A DNA stretch of 51,631 bases. Origin: Parasitella parasitica NRRL 2501 (Eukaryota > Fungi > Mucoromycota). Position numbers and translations under genes: made by a program. The stretch lies in NCBI GenBank assembly GCA_025201805.1, contig MU619274.1:67028-118658 (forward strand), read 5' to 3'. Below, in pieces: positions 25,963 to 37,861 of the stretch. The notes below the pieces were generated by a model. That model was not told the DNA's origin. It was given only the letters and a program-made list of their open reading frames with translations, and did not search any database. Position 1 is the stretch's first letter. Each line of letters starts with the position of its first letter.

Positions 25963-26344
25963 ATGAAAAACTACTTTACATCTATCGCTTTTCTTCTAGT
26001 AGCCATTTTGGTTACAATTATGCAAGTAACCGCCGCTCCGGTTGAGAATGATGCTGTGAATGAACAATCAGATGCTGCGTCTACTGAAGACCTTTGGAAG
26101 TCCTTTTATGACCAGTACTATGCTAGTTTGGCATCTCGTAGTTTAGCGTAAGTTCCAACATAATACCGCACCGTCGTAACACTAATTTGCCGCCGCACGC
26201 AGCGCTAGAGATGTTGCTGAACCTGCCCAAACCTTTCCTTTCCCTCCCTTCCCACCCTTCCCTCCTCCACCTACCTTCCCTCCCTTCCCCCCTCCTCCCA
26301 CCTTCCCTCCCTTCCCTCCCTTCCCTCCTTTCCCTCGCTTTTAA
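25963..26344 (+). CDS. Small secreted prepropeptide with C-terminal Pro/Phe repeat, 108 aa, 2 exons
   Basis: Signal peptide MKNYFTSIAFLLVAILVTIMQVTA-AP, then an acidic pro-region. Intron 26148-26202 (GTAAGT, branch ACTAAT, CAG). Exon 2 reads ARDVAEPAQTFPFPPFPPFPPPPTFPPFPPPPTFPPFPPFPPFPRF*, with synonymous third-position variation. Confidence 0.85.
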
Positions 26345-26515
26345 TTACAATATGTTATAACATTGGCCTTGAGATATTGGATCCGAGGAGCAGGTTATTA
26401 GTAGCCTAAACCTTTCACTAAATAAAAAAGCTTAGTCTCTGAATAGCGTCTTATATTAAAGTGTATGTAAGATAAAACACCTATTGCTGTATCAAATACT
26501 TGATATTTGAGAATA

Positions 26516-26665
26516 CACAGTCGTTTTATGGTTTCTGAAAAAAAAGTTCAAGTAAATGATAAGTGTCACGGTGTTTGTGATTATATATGTGGGTTTCTGG
26601 TAACAACCCTTTTATTTCTGATAGCTGCGACGTCTCTGAGAAAAGAGAAATGTCTCTCTAAGAGT
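26516..26665 (+). repeat. Left arm of a diverged ~150-bp inverted repeat (partner 29172-29329)
   Basis: CACAGTCGTTTTATGGTTTCTGAAAAAAAAGTTCAAGTAAATGATAAGTGTCAC...ATTTCTGATA...CTGAGAAAAGAGAAATGTCTC aligns with the reverse complement of 29172-29329. Confidence 0.85.
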
Positions 26666-29171
26666 AATCTAAGTAAGGACAAGAAGTATTAAATACAATC
26701 ACATTTTAAGATTTCTAGTTTAAATAAAAAATGCTTAATAATAGAGAAAGTTTTATTATGATATGCAACAATATACTTTCGGACACCTGAAACTGAACCA
26801 TCATAAACGGTCCACAATACAAAACTGTTTAGATTTCACAAACTGATAAATTATTTCTGATATATCCGTTAGGTAGTAACATCTAAATAAGCCCAAAAAT
26901 TTAGACAAGCCTGTAGAACTGCATAGGTATTTAAACTAAAAAATGGTTAAACCACAAAACTATCAAAGTATCAAAGTATCAAACTGCATCTACTAATAAG
27001 GCATTGATTTATACACATCGTCGAATTATGCATTTACACAATAAAATATCATAGCAGCAAATGGTCATCTCTATTTTTATAGCTTCGCATTATCATTTTA
27101 TGTTACATCTGTTGAGTCAAGTCAGCATATCCAATATCAAGGAAAAAGTGTGTACAGTCAGGACTCGTTATAACGGATTTATCCCCTATTCAGAATTTGA
27201 TACTCTACAGTACAGTGCCTGGAACTTGGAATCTATCAGAAGCTTATTATGAAGTTTAACTTTTGTTAGTAAAATTACCCTCAACCTCAATCCTAGCCTC
27301 TATTTTAAATGTTTAGCATTAGAATCACAAAAAAAAAACGGGACTCTTGAATTGACAATAGGCATTATTATAAGTAACAATGTAAAATGGCTTCTCTGTC
27401 ACTAGCAATGAGCAACTTATGAATTATTCAAAAATCGCAAGAGGCTGTTACAGCAAAAACATTATATCCATGAATTATTCTCTTTTGCTTCCAACTCGCT
27501 GAGCTACACCTGTTTTACCATACTACTATGAAGAAAGATATACTTGTGGCATCAAAAATACTTACCTTACAGAGTTTTGTCATGTGCTAGAATTGATATT
27601 GACGTGATATCATCTCCAGATAGATATTGTTTACAGCCTAAAAGCAACAACTTTAACTTCGTATGCCATTTTTTGATTAATTTTCATAATCAAAAGTACC
27701 TTGAAAACAACAGAAATAGTATCCATTGGCAAAAGATTATATTATATATGATTTTGGTGCAGTTTAAGCATGATTTTTTTTTCGATGCAAAATCACGGAT
27801 TTTTTCGATTTTTTCCTTGTGTCTACACATCTAAAATCGTCGATTATGCATTATCCTCAATTTAGACCTCAAAAGTGCAACTTTTTACTATAGCTTATAT
27901 TGGAGGAAAATGATCGTAAAAGACCGTTCTATGATCTGAGAGACTGAAAATGCGCTCTGATTAAACAAAATGTTGGCTTTTCCCTCTTAATCTGCTTTTG
28001 AGGTTTTCTCGACAGAATTCCTTCCATAAGCATACGGGAGTTATGAAATGATACCAGCGTGTAGAGCGCCCAAAAATACAGCTTTTATCATAGACTGACA
28101 GCCGTGGTATGCATAGTATCAGAGAATGATATCTTGCCTCAAAGGAGTAATTTTGTTTTCCAAATATCCAAATCGAGTTTTGGAAAGAATTTTTTCTTTC
28201 TGATTTTGGATGCATTAAATCACCGCTATCAAAGAAAAATGGTGCTTTTTTTTTTGAAGAAAGCATTAGCTTTGAGAAGCCCTAACTTTCCCAACTGAAG
28301 AAAAAACAATTGCAAACTAGTTTATTTATATGGCGTGCTTCTTGGCTTTCTAATGGTAGTACTTGCATATCTGTACCTGACCTGACGATCTCACGCTCCG
28401 ATTTTGAAAAATACTTCTCCGAAAAAAGTCAGAAAAGTCGCTATCTTCATCTGATGTCAGCTTAAAAAGTACATAAAATTGCTCTAAGCTATACAAATAT
28501 GTAATCAAAAGTTGTCTTATAGTCTAATTCATTACTATAAATTACTTGTTTTTGTGTTTGAGATCGCCAGACATTGTTTTCTTACAGCTTTTGTCTTTTT
28601 TTCTAGCAATAACACACTAGGTTCCGCGTAGGCCAAAAAAAAATCAAACGCCTAAAATCTACACTGGCTTTACAAAGATATACACTTTTTAACCATTCCA
28701 ATATTATGGAAAGATGGCACAGTTTTGACTAGCTGTTCTACTGTGCAACTAGATATAGAGAACCCAGCTTGGTACTTGTCTGACAAGACCTTCTACACTA
28801 GGAGACCCCAGGTCAACTGAAGGTTTAAGTAAATGCTAGAGAAAAGGAAACAATCTGCCACCAGGATAACACACCCGTTCATAAAAAATTATTTGTATAT
28901 AAATTTGTGAATTTCCTAGCACATAAATGAACCTTGCTGTTCGTTCCTGAATCCATTTAAAGGGTTTAAAACCAAAGGCAACAGACAGACTTACACCCGA
29001 ATCACAGATGTTTGTCAACAGGCAACCGAAATCTTTTTTAAAGACTACTTTGAACTTGAAGATATAATGCAGATGGCTTATTTCACAACACATTCTCTTA
29101 ATATTTTCACTACGAATGAAACAAATCAAAGCAAATACTCTTTTTCTCTAAATATAAAAATCCCCACTTTA

Positions 29172-29329
29172 ACTCTTTTAGGGAGACATTTCTCTTCTCT
29201 CAGAAGCTTCTCAGCTTTTATCAGAAATAGAATGTTTGTTATCAGAAATCCTAATATATGCTACTAAAAGCACAGTGACATTTATTGTTTACTTGAACTT
29301 TTTTTTTCAGAAACTGCAAAATGACAGTG
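29172..29329 (-). repeat. Right arm of the diverged ~150-bp inverted repeat (partner 26516-26665)
   Basis: Reverse complement reads CACTGTCATTTTGCAGTTTCTGAAAAAAAAAAGTTCAAGTAAACAATAAATGTCAC...ATTTCTGATA...CTGAGAGAAGAGAAATGTCTC. Confidence 0.85.
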
Positions 29330-29339
29330 AGTAAGCTAG

Positions 29340-30455
<1,116 letters not shown>

Positions 30456-30569
30456 ATATACGAATTTAAATGTCGTCTAGTCAATAAACGCATTCTAGCA
30501 AATGCACTTAAGAAATGCTGCTTTTGCCTGTATTTCTTTCTTACTTTATTATTATTATTATTTTTTGAA

Positions 30570-31338
30570 ATGCGTTTACGTTGGTCTCTGGTGCTATTTT
30601 CGGTTGTTGGCTCGATATATATGTTGGATACCGAAAATAATGTGAGCGTGGGACAAGTACATTCAGCCATGTCACTATTACTAAATGCTGTCTTCATAGT
30701 CCAGCAGTGAGAATCTCTCTGAGCATTGTTCTGACTTTATAGAAAATTGTATTCAGCTGTGGTATGTAAACGTACGACAACATGTATTGAAGATTGCCTG
30801 TTTACTCGTTCATCTAGCCAAGATGAAACAATAGAGTCTTTTTCCTCCACTTGCTCAGCGAGAGAAGCAACGTGTCACTGTAATGGGAAAGATTTGAGCA
30901 CTACGGCGTTTGACAAATTGCTTTCCAGTGTTGAAGGAACAGCGGAACAGCTAGGTAAGAAGAAAGAGTTACAGGTAGAGACAAACGACAATATGCTCTC
31001 TCCTGTGCAATTCGTCAACAGCAATGGAGAAACAGAAGAGGAGGATTATCAACACATGGAATACATCTACCCTAGACACGAATATATGAAAAGCCCAACA
31101 TTTCAACAAGGCTTCTGCTCTAAATTTTTGATACGATGCAAGCAGGATTGCCCAGCAGCATTTAGCTCGTAAGTTTGCATTTGAAAGACATGAACCGCAG
31201 ACTCATTTTTATGAGCAATACTGCAGCTACTTTTGTGATGTAAATCAGCTTGAAACTGGGTTTTTGTTAGAATGCATTTGCAATGGCGTAGATATAGCAG
31301 CATCAGTAAATGCCCAGGTGCAAGCAGAATCTTCTTAA
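30570..31338 (+). CDS. Small secreted protein with two copies of a six-cysteine module, 4 exons
   Basis: Introns 30642-30699, 30762-30817 and 31169-31226 (GT-AG, 56-58 nt) keep the frame. N-terminus MRLRWSLVLFSVVGSIY is signal-like. Modules: CSDFIENCIQLCQDETIESFSSTCSAREATCHCNGKD and CSKFLIRCKQDCPAAFSSYFCDVNQLETGFLLECICNGVD. Confidence 0.8.
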
Positions 31339-32681
31339 TACATGGCTTGTATTCGTATTTGATTTTTGCTTGATTTGAACAATCCATCTTGATTATAATA
31401 CATAGATTATCACCATCTGTTTTTTTGTGTACAACTTTATTTCAAAGACATATATAAATGATAAAGATTTTTAAACTTTTCCCCCTTTTTCCTCTGAATT
31501 ATAGCTTTCCTGCTATTCTATATCAGTCGGCTAGACTTTTGTTACACATGTTGAGATATGGAAAAAAAAAAAAAAAAAAATAGATTATCAAGATCTAGTC
31601 TGAGGCTATTACTGGATCTAAATGGCTGTTTCTCTGATTGGAGCAATGTGTAAGCTACATGTCCAATAAGATGTCTTTTCATTATCTTCAAATATGGAAA
31701 CATAGGATGTTTGAATTGGACACATGTGAAACTAATCAAACAAATATGCATTTTTAGTATAGAATATCGCTGAGAAAATCAACGCACAAGAATACATGTA
31801 AAAGACTCACGTACATGTCGTGAGATCTAAAGGTTTTTATTGCTAAAATAGTTTGCTATGCAAGAAGCTTACTCCTGTTTTTGCAAATGTTTTGATTAAT
31901 CATAGAGTTTAGTACAAGATTTTTAACCTAAGATTGCATCATTTTATTGGACGAAATCATTTTTTTGTAGAGACTATTGCAGACTTTCACATTTAGACAC
32001 AATATCTGAGACCCCAACTCATTTACTAATACAACGAACCTGATAGCTTTGTCGCGTATGCTACGTAATCATCAGCAGTAGCTTTTTGACACACTTGTAC
32101 AATACAAAGCGTAGGAATAAAGTTTCCAACTAGAGGATTTATCTGCGTTAAAAACAATGAGAAGCTTGCGAGACGAGTTGCTAATCATGTATCATGTCGG
32201 TTGATTTCTTCTCCGCGAGAACCAGTCAATGAGTCATTTTTGGAAAGACTTAAAAAAGCTTTTGCGAAACGATTCTCTTTATTCTTTTCTTTTCCTTTTC
32301 ATTTTTTTACCTAAAAGAAAACCTTCGACACATCCATTGAGTTAAACACAAGTATCCATATTTGTGTTTTCTTGCTTTCGACTCTACTCGCTTTTACTTA
32401 TAAACTCCTGAAACCCTTCTTAAAAAACTACCATTTTTCATCCCCACAAGTGTACATTTATATTGTTGAAATGTACGCTACCACCTTTTAATTTCCCACT
32501 TCTCGACCCTTTAAATTTTTTATAAAAAAAGTTAAAAAAAAAAGTTAAAAATCTCAAGTCAAGATGGCCTATTTTTACATGTTTAATGGAAAGCACGTAG
32601 GAAACGACGTAGATTGAAACAGAAACAAATTTATCAGAATCATATTACACAACTCAGTACAAAATCAAGAACCAACAACAA

Positions 32682-33980
32682 ATGTCTAGTGCCTTGAGCA
32701 ACATTACATTATCAACCATGAATTACAACTACCAACAGCAAAATCAACAAGATCCTCTGCTCTTCCAGCAGTTGAATCAGCAACAACACCAACAACAGCA
32801 GATTCAGCCTTTTTCTGAAGACACTGCTCTTTTCACTGACTTATTTAAGGACCCTTCTCTGGACCAATTGCTTACTTCAGTCTACAATTCTCCCATTTCG
32901 TCTCCTGGCTCATCTGCTTCCGAGACCTTGGACAGTCCCCCGACTGCTTTGCTTCAAGATGGCTTTCTGGATGACTTGCTGAATTCTCCTACTACTATGC
33001 CTGCTATGGATATGATGTGTCAATTTGACAAGTTTATCCAATTAGAACAACATCAGCAACAGGCTGCTTCCACGTTGGATGCTGCTGACTCCGGTAAGAC
33101 GGAACAGCAACAGCAGCAACAAGAACAAGAACAATACTTGAAGCCCCGTCCTTCAAAGAAGAACCATCTTCAAGGCCAGTCTACTATGTCTATCAAGATT
33201 ACTACTCAAAAATCCACTCGCCCTGCTCGCAAATTGGAATGCTTCAACTGTAAAGTCACCAAAACTCCTCTTTGGCGCAGAACCCCTGATCGCCAGCATT
33301 CCCTTTGCAACGCGTGTGGTTTATATTACAAGCAATATAACTGCCATCGTCCTCTTCACGTCAGAAACAAGACCCACACCATCCGTGCTCATCCGTACGC
33401 TTTGGAGCGTGTGCTTCCGATGACCATCAACAGCAATGTCAAGGTAGCGTCTAGCGCCCCAAGCCCAGTTATTGCAAAAACGGTAATTTTGCCTTCTCCT
33501 TCAGAACAAGCCGCTGAGTCTGTTTCCGCTGCGCTGGAATCTGGCCAGGAATGTGCCAACTGTCATCAAACACAAACTCCCCTTTGGCGTAAGAATGAAC
33601 GCGGCGAACCTGTTTGCAATGCCTGCGGTCTGTATGCCAAGCTCCATCATCGCGATCGCCCTGCCGAGATGCGCAAGACTACCATTCAAAGACGTCGTCG
33701 TGATTGGAATGCTGAAGAGGAAGAATCTGAGCAAGAGCAAATGGATCAAGATGCTATCATGATGAGCCCTGTATCACCTGTCTCGTCATCTATCACTCCT
33801 CCCTCCACCTCTCCTGCCTTATCGCCTGCTGCTTCTCCGCTGGCTGGTCTGGAAGCTGAGGATACCCGTTTTGTGTCTTTGTTGATTCAAATGGATCGTG
33901 ATCAAATGCAAGGTTTTTTAGGTATGCTTGAGCGCAGATGTGATTTCCTCAAGACCATTCTTGGTGCTCCCACAGAGTAG
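32682..33980 (+). CDS. GATA-type transcription factor with two zinc fingers
   Basis: Fingers [27 protein letters not shown] (Cx2C-x18-Cx2C) and [26 protein letters not shown] (x17), with a Q-rich N-terminus. Confidence 0.95.
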   Translation: MSSALSNITLSTMNYNYQQQNQQDPLLFQQLNQQQHQQQQIQPFSEDTALFTDLFKDPSLDQLLTSVYNSPISSPGSSASETLDSPPTALLQDGFLDDLLNSPTTMPAMDMMCQFDKFIQLEQHQQQAASTLDAADSGKTEQQQQQQEQEQYLKPRPSKKNHLQGQSTMSIKITTQKSTRPARKLECFNCKVTKTPLWRRTPDRQHSLCNACGLYYKQYNCHRPLHVRNKTHTIRAHPYALERVLPMTINSNVKVASSAPSPVIAKTVILPSPSEQAAESVSAALESGQECANCHQTQTPLWRKNERGEPVCNACGLYAKLHHRDRPAEMRKTTIQRRRRDWNAEEEESEQEQMDQDAIMMSPVSPVSSSITPPSTSPALSPAASPLAGLEAEDTRFVSLLIQMDRDQMQGFLGMLERRCDFLKTILGAPTE

Positions 33981-34451
33981 TGTTCTTTGTTGTTCTCAAC
34001 TCTTCTTTTGCCTTCTAAGGGCTATTTACACTTTATTATAATTAAAATTATACTCCCAAACATAATGGAACGAATCAAATAGTGAGGATTTGCATTTATG
34101 GCAAAAAAAAAAATTGTGTTTATGAACCAGGAATCTGGTAGGTGTTTGATGTTTGAAGCTTGTAGATTGCTTTTTAGAACAATTTAGATTGTCGCAACAT
34201 TTGGATTGGTTTGATTCTTCTGCTTGGTGTAGCCAGGAGCACTGCATTTGGATATCGCATATAAAGTTTTTCTATTGCGATTATTCCCCTTGTTTTTTCT
34301 TTCAAATTTACCATATTTTGAAAACTACCCATTTATTTTCAAGTAATAAAGAAAAGAAAAATATACATATATAATCAGCCTCTTCTCTCTTGTTTCTTTT
34401 TTTTTTCCTTGTAACACTCAAACACTAATTAAAAAAAGGCTTGCTACAGCA

Positions 34452-34977
34452 ATGGATGATATTTTATCAAACTATGACGAGAGCTTGAAAGAACTAGAAA
34501 AACAGAGAGAGCTTCTTGAGCTTGTCATGAAGAAAATGGGTGCGGAATGGGAGGAAAGGTAGTATGATTGATATTGCAACGTTGTAAAAATTATTCAAAT
34601 ACTCGATCTAGTGGTGCTGGCATAGGCTGGATGACCGATGTTCTGTCAAACCCACCAACATTGCAAAATGATGTAGCAGATGCGTCACCCGATTCTGCCG
34701 AACCTCTGTTAACAAAGAGCAAAAACCCGCCACTACTTAATATGATACAAACCAACGCATCGCCATCGCAAGATTACTTGCAAACTCTTTTAAACGTAAA
34801 CGAAGAATTGCTGGCTCAAAGTTTAGCGTCGTCCGTCAATGCGGTATCCAGCAATAGTGAGTACAACATTTTCATTACTCCTCCTGCATCGTCCAATGAT
34901 GACAACATCAACACTTTTGCTGCGCAACAACAGCTCATATCCCCTCCTCTGTCAGAACAAGATCGTCATTCTTTGTC

Positions 34978-35032
<55 letters not shown>

Positions 35033-35095
35033 CCAAAGCCATCTCCACAGCAAACTCAACTAAGCACTCCCCCAATCACTCCACATGAACAGTAA
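34452..35095 (+). CDS. Hypothetical protein with N-terminal coiled coil and polyQ tail, 2 exons
   Basis: ATG 34452 MDDILSNYDESLKELEKQRELLELVMKKMGAEWEES, an intron at ~34559-34611, then GAGIGWM... continuing in ORF 34568..35095. Confidence 0.75.
34979..35032 (+). repeat. (CAA)n microsatellite encoding polyQ
   Basis: Uninterrupted CAA run. Confidence 0.95.
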
Positions 35096-37847
35096 TTGGA
35101 TTAGTATTAACTTTTTCACTTGTTTATTTGTCTTATATAATAAAATCCTTTCTCGCCACGCTACGCCCTGTAAATCATTGATAGCTTGCAGAGATTTTTG
35201 TCATAGTTTTAAGGGCCGGTTACCCTTACGATTTAAGATGTTTGCTCATGGCTTGCTTTAGATTACAAATATACTATATTGAGAACTAGTTTAGGATATA
35301 TGCGCAAATGCAATTGATTTAATTACCTCTTTGTTTTGCAAATCAAAGACCGGCCTGCGTTCGCTTGCTATTATCAGAATTGAAGCTGGGAAAAATAGTA
35401 TAGCTGTCAACGAGGCTCATCCCTGGAAAGGCAACAGCGTCCGCAGAATAAGGGTTCGACAACGTTTTGGTAACGAGATATATTGCAAACCGTAGCATGT
35501 ACACCATATAGCAATATAAAAATGCATCTATATCTGATAGCAAAGTATCACCGAACCACAAAGCTTCTATATATTCGCATCAGTGAAGCTAGTACTGCGC
35601 TTTCATTTTCAATTTATCATCGCTATATGTACTTTAGGCGGTAAACAGCAAGGTGATCAGAAGATACTATAAAAAATAATACATGATCTATTCACTTACA
35701 CTCCTATGAAAGCAGAATATTTCTATAAACTGGTAACCATTAGGAATTTCTCGCCGCAACGCAGGTGCTTATGCTTCATCACCATCAAAGAATATTGGTT
35801 TCTCTTAAAAAGCATACTTTCTTTTTTTTTTGGGGGGGGGGGTTTCTGGAATAAAATGGTCAGCGTTTTTGAGGGAGTTCGCGAGAGTTGATGATAAAAG
35901 CTTGGTGACAATTGTGTTTCAATTCTTTCACCATCTCTTCCACACATTGCCTGAGAGAAGATATCAAAAAACCTTTCTATAAGTTACTTTTCGATTGACC
36001 ACTGCGTTATGTACATATCAATTATTATCTCTCCCGTACATCAGGGCATTTCAAAAGATAAATTTGAGAATATTGCAAACACAGAGACATTGGTTTTAAA
36101 TTGAAGCATCATCAAAAAATTCCCGAAAAACTTCATGAAAATTTGTGAACATTGCAAGTCCTTGATAGGGATATTTTGAATGATTGTCAGGATTTTGATT
36201 AACTGATGCTAGGCTGCACCTTATACAGCCCCTACTATGCTGATTATAATTGATATTTCTAATTTCACCGGAATGAGACAACTCATTACGTTTAGTAAGG
36301 CCAAGCTGGATCTCGGTTCTACGGTCATTTTTGCAGTAAATTTGAAAGATCTACGAAAATGAAAAATAAAATATAAAAATAAAGCGATGTAAAAATTACA
36401 ATTACAGTCAAGTTTGGGGTTATTTATTGAGATTTTAACTAGAGAAAAACATCTTGGTATTTATAGGATTTGGATTGTCGTATATCAGTTCTCATGAATG
36501 GAGGGAACGCGTTAGCTTGTCGTAGGTTTTAAGGAGAAGCAAATCATGCTGAAATACTTTTACCACTGATAGAAATTTGCGTAACATTAGTTGACCTTGT
36601 GAGGATGGCTATCGTCATATTTTAGTTATTGTGTGAAAGATATCCTTATCTAGAATGATGATTCATTGAATGACGAGCTGCCATACTTGATCTCTTTGTC
36701 ATTATTTATTCTTATTCTAAATGTTTATTGTGTAAGGGAAAGCACTTTGACCAGGAGTGTTTTCCTTCACACGACATTCATTGATAAAATTTTAAATTTT
36801 ATTTGTAATGCGTTTTGATTTATATGACTTTATATGTTATGCGAACTCGATGGCATGAATTGACTATGAGTGACATTTGAGTTTTAATTTTTCAGTTATA
36901 CGCTTTCAGCTATACCATTCCATCATAAATATAGTCATTAGTTTTGTGTCTGATTTTATCTTCATAAAGTTATACATTTTTTTAGCAGATTATCTTCATA
37001 CATCCTCTGCGCATAACACTAGCATCCTTGGAATACAAAAAGGTAATCTGATAAATCAACCATGTTGTGGCAGGTCTCGAAAAGGAGCACAGCAGGTGAT
37101 AAAAAAATATAGGAAAGTATAAAGACTTGAATTACCAGTTACGAAACTACTGAGCTTATTGGTTGATAAGAAGCTATATATTTGTATGAGAACCAATATA
37201 TGAATCAATCTATGAATACAATTAGATCATGTTTAATATTTAATTGTCAAATAAGATTATAACAAAGTAGTAGTGGGAAATTATTAGTATAAAAATATAA
37301 AATACTTTTTAAAACTGTTGTTTATTTTTGAGATGAAAATAGTCAAAATTTCATTTAAAAAGTATTTATTATACTATTTTTTCAAGAATAAATAATTATG
37401 GATATGAACCTATATTACAGTGTACTATTCCTCAAGGAAGTCTTAGCAGCAAGGATCGAGAAAGAGAGAAACAGTGACAAATTTGACAAGAGTTGGAGTT
37501 GCTTCTATTTGTTCTTGATATTGAATTACGTATTCTTGAGTCCATGCTAGCCTGGACTTGATGATTGTGATCTTTGTTGAATATTGAAGTACATAGTCAT
37601 AATTTTATTTACAGAGATTCTTTTTATGTGATAGCTCTGTTTATGCCGACCTATAACAAGTAGTGAGAGCAAGACTTATCTCGATATCAAATTAGTTAAT
37701 CATTATGAATTTGAATCATTCAGCGATGAATTTAGCTTTGCAATTTTGAATAGGAAGAACCCAAATAGTGGTTTCCGATATAAGACTTACTCTTATTTAA
37801 TATATAGGATAATCGGTGACATTTGACCTTAGATCCGATCAGGAACG

Positions 37848-37861
37848 GTTGCCATGACAAC
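37848..37861. promoter_or_regulatory. Near-palindromic RFX X-box-like site
   Basis: GTTGCCATGACAAC is one base from the canonical GTTGCCATGGCAAC and lies in the long intergenic region upstream of the Con7-like gene. Confidence 0.4.

Noticed and set aside
35340-36300. Short, partly open frames suggesting a decayed gene
   Set aside because: Interrupted by stops with no recognisable domain; cannot be supported without a search.
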